A DNA stretch of 46,809 nt from an uncultured Candidatus Saccharibacteria bacterium (lineage in GTDB: Bacteria > Patescibacteriota > Minisyncoccia > UBA6257 > GWB1-50-10): positions 1 through 46,809 of the forward strand of contig CAYISE010000003.1 of the NCBI GenBank assembly GCA_964366055.1. Direction: 5' to 3'. A model generated the notes under the pieces. The model saw only the letters and a program-made list of their open reading frames with translations. It was not told where the DNA came from and did no database searches. Of the stretch, positions 30,641 to 39,958 are shown piece by piece (the first letter of the stretch is position 1; each line of letters begins with the position of its first letter). Both the position numbers and the translations under genes were made by a program.

Positions 30641-32026
30641 ATGATTAACCGAGGAATGGATACCAATCAACTTTGGCAAGCGGTTTTAGGAGAAATTGAA
30701 TTACAAATTTCACGGCCGAATTTCCTAACCTGGCTGAAAAACAGTCAGTTGTTGGAAAGGAATGAAAAAGAGGGCGTGGTCTTGGTTGGCCTCCCGAATA
30801 ATTTCGCGAAAGAATGGGTTAGGGGGCGTTACCATAAAATAATTCTTGACTCCCTAAGAAACATGGACGGTTCCATTAAAAACGTTGATTATGCGGTTTC
30901 CAATCAAAATATAATTCCTCCCTCTCCCAAAAAACACAGCGGAGTCCGAACCAAAGAAGAAAAATCCCAGTCCTCGCTGATTGAGCTTGAGATTGACCCG
31001 AAAACCAATCTCAATCCTAAATATCTTTTCGGTTCTTTTATCGTGGGTTCTTCAAATGAGATGGCCTACGCCGCCGCCCAGGCGGTGATAAAAGATGTCG
31101 GGAAAAAATACAACCCCCTGTTTGTTTACGGTGGAGTGGGTCTTGGGAAAACCCATCTTATCCAGGCCACCGGCAACGAGATAGCCAACCGGTATAAAAA
31201 ATTGGTCAGTATCCTATATGTGTCTTCGGAAAAATTCATCAACGACGTGGTTTGGGCGGTGAGAAATAAAAGAATGGATGATGTTAAAAGGAGGTATCGC
31301 GACATAGATGTGCTGATTGTTGACGATATTCAATTTATCGGGGGAAAGCCCACCACCGAGCAGGAGTTTTTCTACACCTTCAATACTCTCTATGAGAACA
31401 ACAAACAAATCATCATCTCGTCAGACCGGCCGCCGACTGCCATCCCGATTCTTGAGGAGCGGCTCCGCTCAAGATTTGAGGGCGGAATGATAGTGGATAT
31501 TTCTTACCCCGACTATGAGATGCGTCTCGCCATATTAAAAACAAAGGCGCAGAATAGCGGCGTCTTTATTGAGGTGGGGATTTTGGAACAAATTGCCGCC
31601 CGGGTTCAGAAAAATGTCCGGGAATTGGAGGGGGTCTTGAACAAGGTGATTTTTTACGAGCAGTATAAGAGTGAGAAAATAAACAACAAAAAACTTGACG
31701 AGATAATCAATGAGGTGGTCCGGGTTTCTCCAAAAAACATCACCGCGAACGACATCGTAAAAACGGTGGCTGATTTTTTTGAGGTGCCGACCACCGACAT
31801 GAGCGACCGCAGCCGCAAGCAGGGAGTGGTGGAGCCCCGTCAAATCGCGATGTATTTAATGAGGGATATTTTAAAACTCTCTTATCCTCATATCGGCGAA
31901 AAATTAGGAAAAAGAGACCACACCACCGCCATTCACGCCTGCGAGAAAATAAAAAGGGAGGCGAATCAGAATCCGGGCTTAAACCAAAAAATTATGCTGA
32001 TAAAAGAGAGGTTGTATAAGATGTAG
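30641..32026 (+). CDS. dnaA: Chromosomal replication initiator DnaA
   Basis: Walker A GGVGLGKTHL, VLIVDDIQF, and the C-terminal DNA-binding region KLGKRDHTTAIHA. An alternative ATG lies at 30656. Confidence 0.95.
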   Translation: MINRGMDTNQLWQAVLGEIELQISRPNFLTWLKNSQLLERNEKEGVVLVGLPNNFAKEWVRGRYHKIILDSLRNMDGSIKNVDYAVSNQNIIPPSPKKHSGVRTKEEKSQSSLIELEIDPKTNLNPKYLFGSFIVGSSNEMAYAAAQAVIKDVGKKYNPLFVYGGVGLGKTHLIQATGNEIANRYKKLVSILYVSSEKFINDVVWAVRNKRMDDVKRRYRDIDVLIVDDIQFIGGKPTTEQEFFYTFNTLYENNKQIIISSDRPPTAIPILEERLRSRFEGGMIVDISYPDYEMRLAILKTKAQNSGVFIEVGILEQIAARVQKNVRELEGVLNKVIFYEQYKSEKINNKKLDEIINEVVRVSPKNITANDIVKTVADFFEVPTTDMSDRSRKQGVVEPRQIAMYLMRDILKLSYPHIGEKLGKRDHTTAIHACEKIKREANQNPGLNQKIMLIKERLYKM

Positions 32027-32188
32027 GGAAGTTGGGGAAAAGAATGGAATATTTTCAAATATCATTAAAAATAATCAGGATGCCATCACCAGCTTACCAA
32101 CACTCCGCGCACTCCGTTACGAGCATAAAACAATGGCTTCAAATGATAAATTTAGAAAACGAGAATTATTAACACTACTACTATTACT

Positions 32189-33298
32189 ATGAATTTAATT
32201 ATACTAAGAACTAACTTACTAGACGGGCTCGGTTCCGTGGAACGGGCGATTAGCGAAAATACGAACCTGGCGATTTTAAAAAATGTTCTCATTAAAATTC
32301 AGGAGGGTAAGATTAATCTTATTTCAACCAATTTGGAACTGGCGATAGAATCCGCCGTTTCGGGCAAGGTGATTGAAAAAGGCGAGATTACCGTGCCGTT
32401 CGCGATATTTAATTCCATCATCAGAAATCTGAACACCGAGCGGGTAACTCTTGAGGAAAAGAATAAAAAGCTCGTTATCAGCGCCGATAATTACGAGGCC
32501 TCCATTCATGGTCAGGACCCGAAAGAGTTCCCGATTATTCCGTCAATTTCCAACAAGGACGCATGCTTAAAAATAAACGTCGGTGATTTTAAAGATGCTC
32601 TGGGAAGCGTTATTATCGCCGCCCAATATTCGGATATCCGGCCGGAAATAAGCGGCGTGTATTTTCACTGCTTTCCGGGAGACGGATTGACCCTGGCCGC
32701 CACCGACGGCTTTCGTCTGTCGGAGAGAAGAATAATCCAGAAGCAAACCGAGTCAAGCGCGGGAGATATTTCCATAATCGTTCCTTTAAAAACTGCGAGC
32801 GAACTTATGAGAATGTTTAACAATGACGAGGAGATGGAAATGCGCGTTGACCCCAACCAAGTTCTGTTTAACACCCAGGACAAGAAGATAATCTCCCGTC
32901 TCATTGACGGAACCTTTCCGGATTATCAGGATGTGATTCCAAAACAAACTCCCAACGAAGTCCTTCTTGATAGAGACGAATTGATTAACGCGCTTAAGCT
33001 CGCTAGCGCCTTTGCCGGCCGAGCCAATGACGTGAGTATGCGGGTGAGCGACAATAAAAAATTTCTGGAGGTTTATTCCGCTGACAGCGTCCTGGGAGAG
33101 AATTGCTATCGGGTGCCGGTAAAACTAAGAGGAGATAAATTTTCCATGATTTTTAACTGGCGTTATTTACTGGACGGTCTCAAAATTTATAAAAACAGCG
33201 AAATTACTCTTGGGGTAAATTCGTCGGACCGGCCAGTGGTGATTAGGGACCAAAACGAGCCGCGGCAGGTCTATGTGGTGATGCCGATTAAGAGCTAA
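32189..33298 (+). CDS. dnaN: DNA polymerase III beta sliding clamp
   Basis: 369 aa with the typical N-terminus and three-domain length. Immediately downstream of dnaA. Confidence 0.92.
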   Translation: MNLIILRTNLLDGLGSVERAISENTNLAILKNVLIKIQEGKINLISTNLELAIESAVSGKVIEKGEITVPFAIFNSIIRNLNTERVTLEEKNKKLVISADNYEASIHGQDPKEFPIIPSISNKDACLKINVGDFKDALGSVIIAAQYSDIRPEISGVYFHCFPGDGLTLAATDGFRLSERRIIQKQTESSAGDISIIVPLKTASELMRMFNNDEEMEMRVDPNQVLFNTQDKKIISRLIDGTFPDYQDVIPKQTPNEVLLDRDELINALKLASAFAGRANDVSMRVSDNKKFLEVYSADSVLGENCYRVPVKLRGDKFSMIFNWRYLLDGLKIYKNSEITLGVNSSDRPVVIRDQNEPRQVYVVMPIKS

Positions 33299-35387
33299 CC
33301 CAATTCATCACCCCGTCTTCCCAATTCATAAACTGCGGGTCGTCCGCGGGATTTTGGGGCGCGGACCCAAGAGGGTCGTCCTTATTTACATAATACAAAA
33401 GGGAGTGGATTGGCGGCGTGGATTGGCCGTTTAACATCGGTTTATTTACCGGGACCGCCGGTTCGGGACTATTAAAAATCTCGGTTGGATATTTTGATAT
33501 TATTTGATTCAGGAAGGCGCTCCAAATAGGCACGGCGGCCAAAATACTGGTGCCCCGCCTTTGCATGGGAGTGTTATCGTTGTTTCCGGCCCAAACCCCA
33601 ACCACCAGAGAGGGAGTGTAGCCCATTGCCCAGGCGTCCCGGTAGTCATTAGTCGTTCCGGTCTTGAGGGCCACGTCGCGATTCGGAAAGACGGTCATGC
33701 TCAAGCTGTTTTGAAAAAGACCCGCCCGCAATTCTTTATCAGAGAGAATTTTGTTGATTATTCTCGGGTATTGGGGATCAATTACCCAACTGGCATTATC
33801 ATGGTATGTTTTGAGAATGTTTCCGTGACTGTCGTCCACCTCCAGAACTAACGTCTGTTCGTGCGCTACTCCTTCTTGAGATAGGGTGGCGTAGGCGTTT
33901 ACTAAGTCAACGAGTTTCACCTCTCCGCCGCCCAAGACGAGCGATAGACCGTAGCGCCACGGCTCATTCAGGGTGGTGATGCCGAAGCGATGCGCGTTGG
34001 CCAGAACGCTTTTTAATCCCACTAAGTAGAGCGTCTTTACCGCCGGTACGTTTACGGATTGAGCCAGCGCCCGTTCCATTGAGATGAGTCCCTGGAACGG
34101 TTCAAAATCCTGGGGGTGGAAACACTCGGTTGAATTGCCAAATATCGGCGCCGTCGGGCAGTTGGGATTATTGGATACGAATTCAGTCGGGACATCAAAA
34201 ATCATCGTCTGGGGCGGATAGCCCCTTTGGAAGGCGGTCATATATACGAAGGGCTTCAGCGCGGAGCCGGGCTGACGCAATCCCTGAACCGCTACGTTAA
34301 AGTTTCCGCCGTTATCCATATCAAAATAATCCCTTGATCCGACCAGCGCTAGAATCTGGCCGGTCTTGGGGTCCTGGGCCACCAAGGCCGCGTTCTTCCC
34401 GTCATAAAGGGTTGTATTTCTATCGGCCCCCTCTCTAATCGCCTTTTCCGCGATTTGTTGCATGGGCCAATCCAGAGTGGTAGTGACCCTTAGGCCGCCG
34501 CTCGTTACCATTTCCTCCCCGTAATTATTAACGAGATATTCTTTAACCATCAGAGAAAAGTGGGGGGCTTTTATTGTTCCGAGTGATGGCGGGGCGAATT
34601 TTATTTTTTCTTTTTTAGCGTCGTCTCTTTCTTTTTGACTGATTTTTTTCAGGTCGTACAAGCGATCCAGGACATAATTTTTCCGGGAGAAAAGATCGTC
34701 GGTATGATTTCCCCACGGCGAATAATAACTTGGCGCTTTCGGGAGGCCCGCGAGGAGAGCGGCCTCCGCCCAATCCAACCCCTTGGCCGGTTTGTTAAAA
34801 AAGGTCTGACTCGCGGCCTCAATGCCGTAGGCGTTTGACCCGTAGGGGATTTGATTAAGATAAAGGGCAAAAATCTCTTCCTTGGAGTATTTTGATTCCA
34901 GCTCAATCGCCAGAACTAACTCTTTGAGTTTCCGGGTTATGGTTTTTTCGCCGGAAAGAAAAACGTTTCGAGCGAGCTGCTGGGTAATGGTAGAGCCGCC
35001 TTGAGAGAAACTCATTGTTTTTATATTCACCCATAAAGCCCGAAGAATCCCTCGCCAGTCAAAAGCGGGCCGGGTGTAAAAATTGGCGTCCTCCGCCGCC
35101 AGAGTGGCCTGTTTTAATTCATCCGAGATATCCTCAAAGGGAATAATCGTTCTCTTTTCCTCCCCGTGAATTTCATAGAGAAGAATCTGGCCGGTTCGGT
35201 CGTATATTTTGGTTGATTGGTTGATTTGGCGGGTCTCAAATTGTTCCGGGGAGGGCAGGTCCCGAATCATTACCACGGCGTAAATTATCCCCAAAGCTAA
35301 GAGCCCCACCGCAATAATGGAACCGATTAAAAGAGAAGAAATTAAAAAATGTTTCCGTTTTCTTTTTGATTTTTTTATCACGGTCAT
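33288..35387 (-). CDS. Class A penicillin-binding protein (GT51 transglycosylase + transpeptidase)
   Basis: GT51 motifs EDANFY and GGSTITQQLARN; transpeptidase motifs SALKPF and KTGTTND. N-terminal TM. Confidence 0.92.
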   Translation of the reverse strand: MTVIKKSKRKRKHFLISSLLIGSIIAVGLLALGIIYAVVMIRDLPSPEQFETRQINQSTKIYDRTGQILLYEIHGEEKRTIIPFEDISDELKQATLAAEDANFYTRPAFDWRGILRALWVNIKTMSFSQGGSTITQQLARNVFLSGEKTITRKLKELVLAIELESKYSKEEIFALYLNQIPYGSNAYGIEAASQTFFNKPAKGLDWAEAALLAGLPKAPSYYSPWGNHTDDLFSRKNYVLDRLYDLKKISQKERDDAKKEKIKFAPPSLGTIKAPHFSLMVKEYLVNNYGEEMVTSGGLRVTTTLDWPMQQIAEKAIREGADRNTTLYDGKNAALVAQDPKTGQILALVGSRDYFDMDNGGNFNVAVQGLRQPGSALKPFVYMTAFQRGYPPQTMIFDVPTEFVSNNPNCPTAPIFGNSTECFHPQDFEPFQGLISMERALAQSVNVPAVKTLYLVGLKSVLANAHRFGITTLNEPWRYGLSLVLGGGEVKLVDLVNAYATLSQEGVAHEQTLVLEVDDSHGNILKTYHDNASWVIDPQYPRIINKILSDKELRAGLFQNSLSMTVFPNRDVALKTGTTNDYRDAWAMGYTPSLVVGVWAGNNDNTPMQRRGTSILAAVPIWSAFLNQIISKYPTEIFNSPEPAVPVNKPMLNGQSTPPIHSLLYYVNKDDPLGSAPQNPADDPQFMNWEDGVMNWVSS

Positions 35388-35486
35388 TCAATTTTATAAT
35401 TTACCGGGTTTTAGGGCAAACCCCCGCACCTAATACGGCTAGCGCTTTGGCCGGAGTATCAATCCTCATTGGGTGTGTGGGCAAAT

Positions 35487-35520
35487 CAAAACCCCAACGG
35501 GGATTCCCGGCGGGGTTTTG
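35487..35520 (-). terminator. Hairpin CAAAACCCC...GGGGTTTTG followed by ATTT on the - strand
   Basis: 8-9-bp stem with an inner CGGG/CCCG mini-stem, 12 nt downstream of the stop at 35532. Confidence 0.55.
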
Positions 35521-35531
35521 AAATAAAGAAT

Positions 35532-35723
35532 CTATAACTCGTTCTCGCCCGGCGCCTCAATATTGCCGTCTGACCCAAAACCCTCTTCATCCCCGGCGGT
35601 TTCATTGGGGTCAGCGCTTGGCCCGCTATCTTCTTTGGGAAGAAACGATGGTTCATTCTCATCCGGGTTCCCGTCCTCGTCAGAAAGATTAAACAAGCGC
35701 GGTTCTAGTTCTGTAATAACCAT
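35532..35723 (-). CDS. Hypothetical small highly acidic protein (63 aa)
   Basis: The ORF has its own promoter-like elements (35782-35809) and a terminator-like hairpin. The low-complexity D/E/G/P composition makes coding status uncertain. Confidence 0.4.
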   Translation of the reverse strand: MVITELEPRLFNLSDEDGNPDENEPSFLPKEDSGPSADPNETAGDEEGFGSDGNIEAPGENEL

Positions 35724-35781
35724 TATTTTTCTTTAAATAAGCGACCTTTCTTTCTGGTTCAATTCGATTTTAATAGGGGAT

Positions 35782-35809
35782 AGTATAAAGGACGGCTTTC
35801 AAATGTCAA
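35782..35809 (-). promoter_or_regulatory. Sigma70-like promoter on the - strand: TTGACA (35809-35804), 16-nt spacer, TATACT (35787-35782)
   Basis: Read directly. Lies just downstream of the ruvC stop and upstream of the small acidic ORF. Confidence 0.55.
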
Positions 35810-35814
35810 TCCCA

Positions 35815-36288
35815 TTACCATTCAATCTGGTTTGACGCCGCTATGGCTATGGCCAGCGCGTCGGTCTCGTCGTCTATCAGCCCCGTTGTTTTTATATTCA
35901 GAAACAGTCCCGCCATTTTAGCGACGGCTTTTTTATCGGCCCGGCCGTTCCCCGTGACCGCTAATTTAACGGAGGAGGGAGAAAGCTGAACCAATTTAGG
36001 GCCGCGGGCGGCCACGATTTTAAGAATTAAACCGCGCGCTTGGGCCACAAAAATGCCGGTCTTTTTGTTTTTGGAGAGAAAAATCTTTTCCAGCCCCACC
36101 ACTTCCGGCTTGGCCTTTCTAATCAATTTCTCCAGATTTTTTTCCAGAGCTAAAAGCTGCGTTCCAAAATCGGCCCGCGGCGGGATTTTAATCAAACCAC
36201 TCTCCAAATATCTGAATTCCCCCCCTTCCTTTTTGATTAAGCCATAACCCACTCTCACGTTTCCCGGGTCAATTCCCAAAATAATCAT
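35815..36288 (-). CDS. ruvC: Crossover junction endodeoxyribonuclease RuvC
   Basis: MIILGIDPGNVRVGYG N-terminus and C-terminal DETDALAIA. Confidence 0.92.
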   Translation of the reverse strand: MIILGIDPGNVRVGYGLIKKEGGEFRYLESGLIKIPPRADFGTQLLALEKNLEKLIRKAKPEVVGLEKIFLSKNKKTGIFVAQARGLILKIVAARGPKLVQLSPSSVKLAVTGNGRADKKAVAKMAGLFLNIKTTGLIDDETDALAIAIAASNQIEW

Positions 36289-37442
36289 ATCTCCTCGCGG
36301 AATCCCCGGGACGGAATGAGTTTAAAATTCAGCGGCAAGGTAAAGGAGAACGCGGCGCCGCGCCCCAATTGGGATTCAACGTCAATTTTTCCGCCGTGGC
36401 GCTCAACGATATTTTTCGTTATATAAAGACCCAAGCCGCTCCCGTTAACTTCCGTTTGGGTCGCATTTGAGCCCCGATAAAACTTCTGGAACATCTTTGT
36501 GATATCTTCCTGGGATATGCCCACGCCGGTATCCCGGATGTCCACTCTCACGAAGTCCGGATTGGAAGCCGAGCCGATTCCGATTGATATCTCGCCATTT
36601 TTAATGTTGTATTTTACGCCGTTGTCTATTAAATTAGCGAGGGCCATACCCAGGAGTTCCCGGTCTATCCGGACCGGGTACCGCTCGGCGCCGGGGACGA
36701 AATTTATTTTTATCCCGTATTCTTTCGCCACCGGCTCGGCTTGCTGAACAATGGTTCGGATGAAATCCGTCAGGTCAACGTCCTCAAGGGTAAAACCGAA
36801 ACGCCCCCCTTCAATTCGGGCCGCGCTCAATAGGTCGTTCACGATTTTAAGCGAATGTTCGGCGAGCCGCCAACCCTCCTTGGCTAAATTTGCCGCCTCT
36901 TTTATATCAGGATTCCCGTTTTCCAGAATTTTGTTCAGACCCTCAAAAGACCAGTTCAGGGCCGTGAGCGGCGACCGCAGTTGATGGGCGGCGATGGAAA
37001 TAAATTCGGTCTTTGATTCCAGGATATTTTTCTCCCGGGTCATATCCGTCACCAGTTTCAAAAAACCGGTTACCTCGTTCTTATCGTTTATGATTCTATT
37101 TAAAACCGTCCGAAGTTCCAGATGGGGATTTTCCAAGGTGAGGTCAATAATCTGGGGCCAGCCGCCGCCGGAAATAGCGGTCATCGCGGGGGCCAAAGAC
37201 GGGAAGACAACCTCCGTGAGCAATTTAAGCCGGGGATTTTGCAAGAAAGCGGGCTCAACACATTGACCCAAAACCTCCCCGGCTTTCAGACCGAGAATTT
37301 CCTCGGCCGCCCGGTTCATTCTCAAAATTCTGAAATTGGTATCGTAAATAACCACCCCGTCGCGGATATTTTGAATCACCGTTTCCAGTTCCGCGTCTCC
37401 GACTCCATTTCCAAATTTAAAAATCTTAAATAAGTTGAACAT
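36285..37442 (-). CDS. PAS-domain sensor histidine kinase (soluble, no TM)
   Basis: PAS region, H-box AAHQLRSPLT, N-box NLIDNGVKY, and G-boxes DTGVGI / GSGLGL. ATGA overlap with ruvC. No response regulator anywhere in the window. Confidence 0.9.
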   Translation of the reverse strand: MFNLFKIFKFGNGVGDAELETVIQNIRDGVVIYDTNFRILRMNRAAEEILGLKAGEVLGQCVEPAFLQNPRLKLLTEVVFPSLAPAMTAISGGGWPQIIDLTLENPHLELRTVLNRIINDKNEVTGFLKLVTDMTREKNILESKTEFISIAAHQLRSPLTALNWSFEGLNKILENGNPDIKEAANLAKEGWRLAEHSLKIVNDLLSAARIEGGRFGFTLEDVDLTDFIRTIVQQAEPVAKEYGIKINFVPGAERYPVRIDRELLGMALANLIDNGVKYNIKNGEISIGIGSASNPDFVRVDIRDTGVGISQEDITKMFQKFYRGSNATQTEVNGSGLGLYITKNIVERHGGKIDVESQLGRGAAFSFTLPLNFKLIPSRGFREEI

Positions 37443-37446
37443 TTTT

Positions 37447-37571
37447 ATCCCGTTAGAGACAGGATGCGCTTAAAAAGCGCATCCGTGATGTATCGCTTGG
37501 TTTGATTATTCTAGCCTGTTTGTTATTCACATTGCTCATAATCTTCAAGGTTTGGTTGTCTCTAACGGGAT
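37447..37571. repeat. 15-bp perfect inverted repeat ATCCCGTTAGAGACA (37447-37461) / TGTCTCTAACGGGAT (37557-37571) enclosing a 9-bp hairpin GGATGCGCT-TAAAA-AGCGCATCC (37462-37484)
   Basis: Read directly. The right arm covers the last polA codons and its stop. The left arm ends 4 nt (AAAA) from the kinase ATG. Confidence 0.85.
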
Positions 37572-39958
37572 GAATATTTTTGGAGCGACCCCCAGCGCTT
37601 GCCGGTCTTGACCTCCGCTGTAAGCGGCACGGCCAGGGGATAGATTTCTTCCATTAATTTCTTTATGAGGGGTACGGTTTCCATAAGAATATCATCTTGA
37701 ATTTCGAAGAGCAATTCATCGTGAATGGTGAGAATCAATCTGGCTTGGCTGTTGAACCAGCCGCGCTCCTTGAGTTTCTCAAGGGAGTTTATCATCGCCA
37801 TTTTGATGATATCCGCGCCCAAACTCTGAAGAGGCATATTGATGGCCGCTCGCTCTATTTCGCCAATCATTTTTGGGTGCTGGACGCCGGTCCAAAACCA
37901 GCGCCGGCGCCCGTTTAAATTCTCCACATAGCCGCGGGATACCGCTTCCGCTTTAATTTTATCCTGCCATTTTTTTATCTTCGGGAATTCAAGGTAGTAC
38001 TCGTCAATGAATTTTTTTGCCTCCCCCAGATTTACGCCAGCCGATTGGCTGAAAGCGCGCGGCCCCATGCCGTAGACGACGCCGAAGTTCAGAGTTTTTC
38101 CGAGACGCCTTTCCGGAAGAGCAACCCCATTGAGAGGGATTTTCAGAACGCGGGAGGCGGTGAGCGCGTGAATGTCCTGATTTTCTTCAAATGCCCTAAG
38201 AAGTTTTTCTTCCAGCGTCAGATGAGCGAGAAGCCGCAATTCCAGCTGGGCGTAGTCAAAAGAGGCGAAGGAAAAACCGGGAGCGGCGACGAAAGTGTCG
38301 CGCAAATCCTTCGCCCACTCGGATTCCTGGGGGATGTTCTGAAGATTGGGTTTTTCGGAGGCCAGACGTCCCGTGGCGGTGCCGGTCTGGATGAAATTTG
38401 TCCTGATTCTTTTATCGGCGTCCCGGAACTGAAGCAGCGGCTCCGCGTAGGTGGATTTTATTTTGAATGTTTCCCGGTAAGAAAGAATTGCCGGGATAAT
38501 CGGATGAGCGTCTTTCAGGGAGAGAAGCACCTCCTCGGCGGTGGAGCGCCGGCCGGCGCTCGTTCTTTTATTTTTCACCGGTCTTATTTTCATTCTTTCA
38601 AAAATCACCTCGGCTACCTGCCGGGGCGAGTTGATATTGAAGGGGCCGCCCGCCATTGAATAAATCTTTTTAGTGAGTTCGGAAATTTTTTCGCTCATCC
38701 GGGCGCCGAGTTTTTCCAGCATTTCTCCGTCCGATTGGATGCCCCAGATTTCCAGCCAGGCGAGCGCCGGGATAAGCGGCATCTCTATTTTATAAAAAAC
38801 GTTTTCCAGCCCATCTCTTTTAATTCGGTGCTCCAACTCGTAGAAAAGGCGTTTCATCGTCTCCTGGCTTGTTTCCTCGGCGCCGCTCTTTAAAAACTTC
38901 TGAATTAAAATCTCCGGCGCGAAATCGGTTTCCTCGGAATTTAAAAGCCAGCCCGCCACCCCCAGGTCAAATAAATTGGAGGGAATTTCCTTTTTGTTTT
39001 TTATCATTCTCTTGATAATCGGTTTCCAGTCCCAAGCTACCCCAATTTCCCGTTCAAAGGTGAACGATTCTTGATTTAGGGTTCCCCCTTTTATTTCCCC
39101 GCCGTTCATCCGGCGAATGATGCTTTCAAAACCGAGTTTTTCAAGATAAGGAATAAGCGTTTCCCGTTTGAATCCGGTATATTCTATCTCGCCCGCCCCC
39201 GCTTTTAAGGGGACGTCGCAGTTAATGGTCGCGAGTTTTTTGGAAAAAAGCGCCTCTTTTTTAAAGGGCAGGATTTTTTTGGCCGCCGGGTCTTCAGCCG
39301 GCATTTTTTTAAAAATGTCTTCCAGAGCGCCGTATTTTTTGAGAAAATTTTCCGCCGTTTTGGGACCGATGCCTCTCACGCCCGGGATGTTGTCGGAGGC
39401 GTCGCCCACCAGGCCTTTATAATCCGTCATTTGGTCGGGTCTCAATCCGTAGCGCCCCATCACGGCTTTTTCATCGTAAAGCGCGGTTTCACCGACCCCC
39501 CTTTTCGGTGTCTGGACGACTACTTTTTCGCCTTCCACCAATTGAAGAGTGTCCAGGTCGCCCGTGAGAATCACTATTTGACGCCCGGGGTCTTTTTTGA
39601 ATTTCTTTACGAAAGTGCCGATGATATCATCCGCCTCAAAACCCGGTTTTTCAAAATAATTGATGTGAAATTTATTGAAGAGATTATGCGCCTCAATGAT
39701 TTGGCTGATAAGTTCATCCGGCGCCTTGGGCCGGTGGGCCTTGTAGCCCTCAAACATTTCTTTGCGGAAGGTCGGCTCGGGCCGGTCAAAGGCCGCCGCG
39801 ACATAGTCGGGTTTTTGTTCCTTGAGAACCTTTAAAAGGGCGCCGGCTAAACCGTAAAGGGCGCCCGTCGGCTGACCGTTTTTCGCGGTGAGGGGCGGCA
39901 GGGCGTGAAACGCCCGATGAATCAGAGAATTGGCGTCTATGAGTAAAAGTTTTTTCAT
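37562..39958 (-). CDS. polA: DNA polymerase I
   Basis: 5'-nuclease domain (LLLIDANSLIHRAFHA) and polymerase motifs (DYAQLELRLLAH, RRLGKTLNFGVVYG, IHDELLFE). The ATG at 39958 overlaps the tsaE stop (ATGA). The longer track ORF to 40057 would overlap tsaE. Confidence 0.93.
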   Translation of the reverse strand: MKKLLLIDANSLIHRAFHALPPLTAKNGQPTGALYGLAGALLKVLKEQKPDYVAAAFDRPEPTFRKEMFEGYKAHRPKAPDELISQIIEAHNLFNKFHINYFEKPGFEADDIIGTFVKKFKKDPGRQIVILTGDLDTLQLVEGEKVVVQTPKRGVGETALYDEKAVMGRYGLRPDQMTDYKGLVGDASDNIPGVRGIGPKTAENFLKKYGALEDIFKKMPAEDPAAKKILPFKKEALFSKKLATINCDVPLKAGAGEIEYTGFKRETLIPYLEKLGFESIIRRMNGGEIKGGTLNQESFTFEREIGVAWDWKPIIKRMIKNKKEIPSNLFDLGVAGWLLNSEETDFAPEILIQKFLKSGAEETSQETMKRLFYELEHRIKRDGLENVFYKIEMPLIPALAWLEIWGIQSDGEMLEKLGARMSEKISELTKKIYSMAGGPFNINSPRQVAEVIFERMKIRPVKNKRTSAGRRSTAEEVLLSLKDAHPIIPAILSYRETFKIKSTYAEPLLQFRDADKRIRTNFIQTGTATGRLASEKPNLQNIPQESEWAKDLRDTFVAAPGFSFASFDYAQLELRLLAHLTLEEKLLRAFEENQDIHALTASRVLKIPLNGVALPERRLGKTLNFGVVYGMGPRAFSQSAGVNLGEAKKFIDEYYLEFPKIKKWQDKIKAEAVSRGYVENLNGRRRWFWTGVQHPKMIGEIERAAINMPLQSLGADIIKMAMINSLEKLKERGWFNSQARLILTIHDELLFEIQDDILMETVPLIKKLMEEIYPLAVPLTAEVKTGKRWGSLQKYSSR

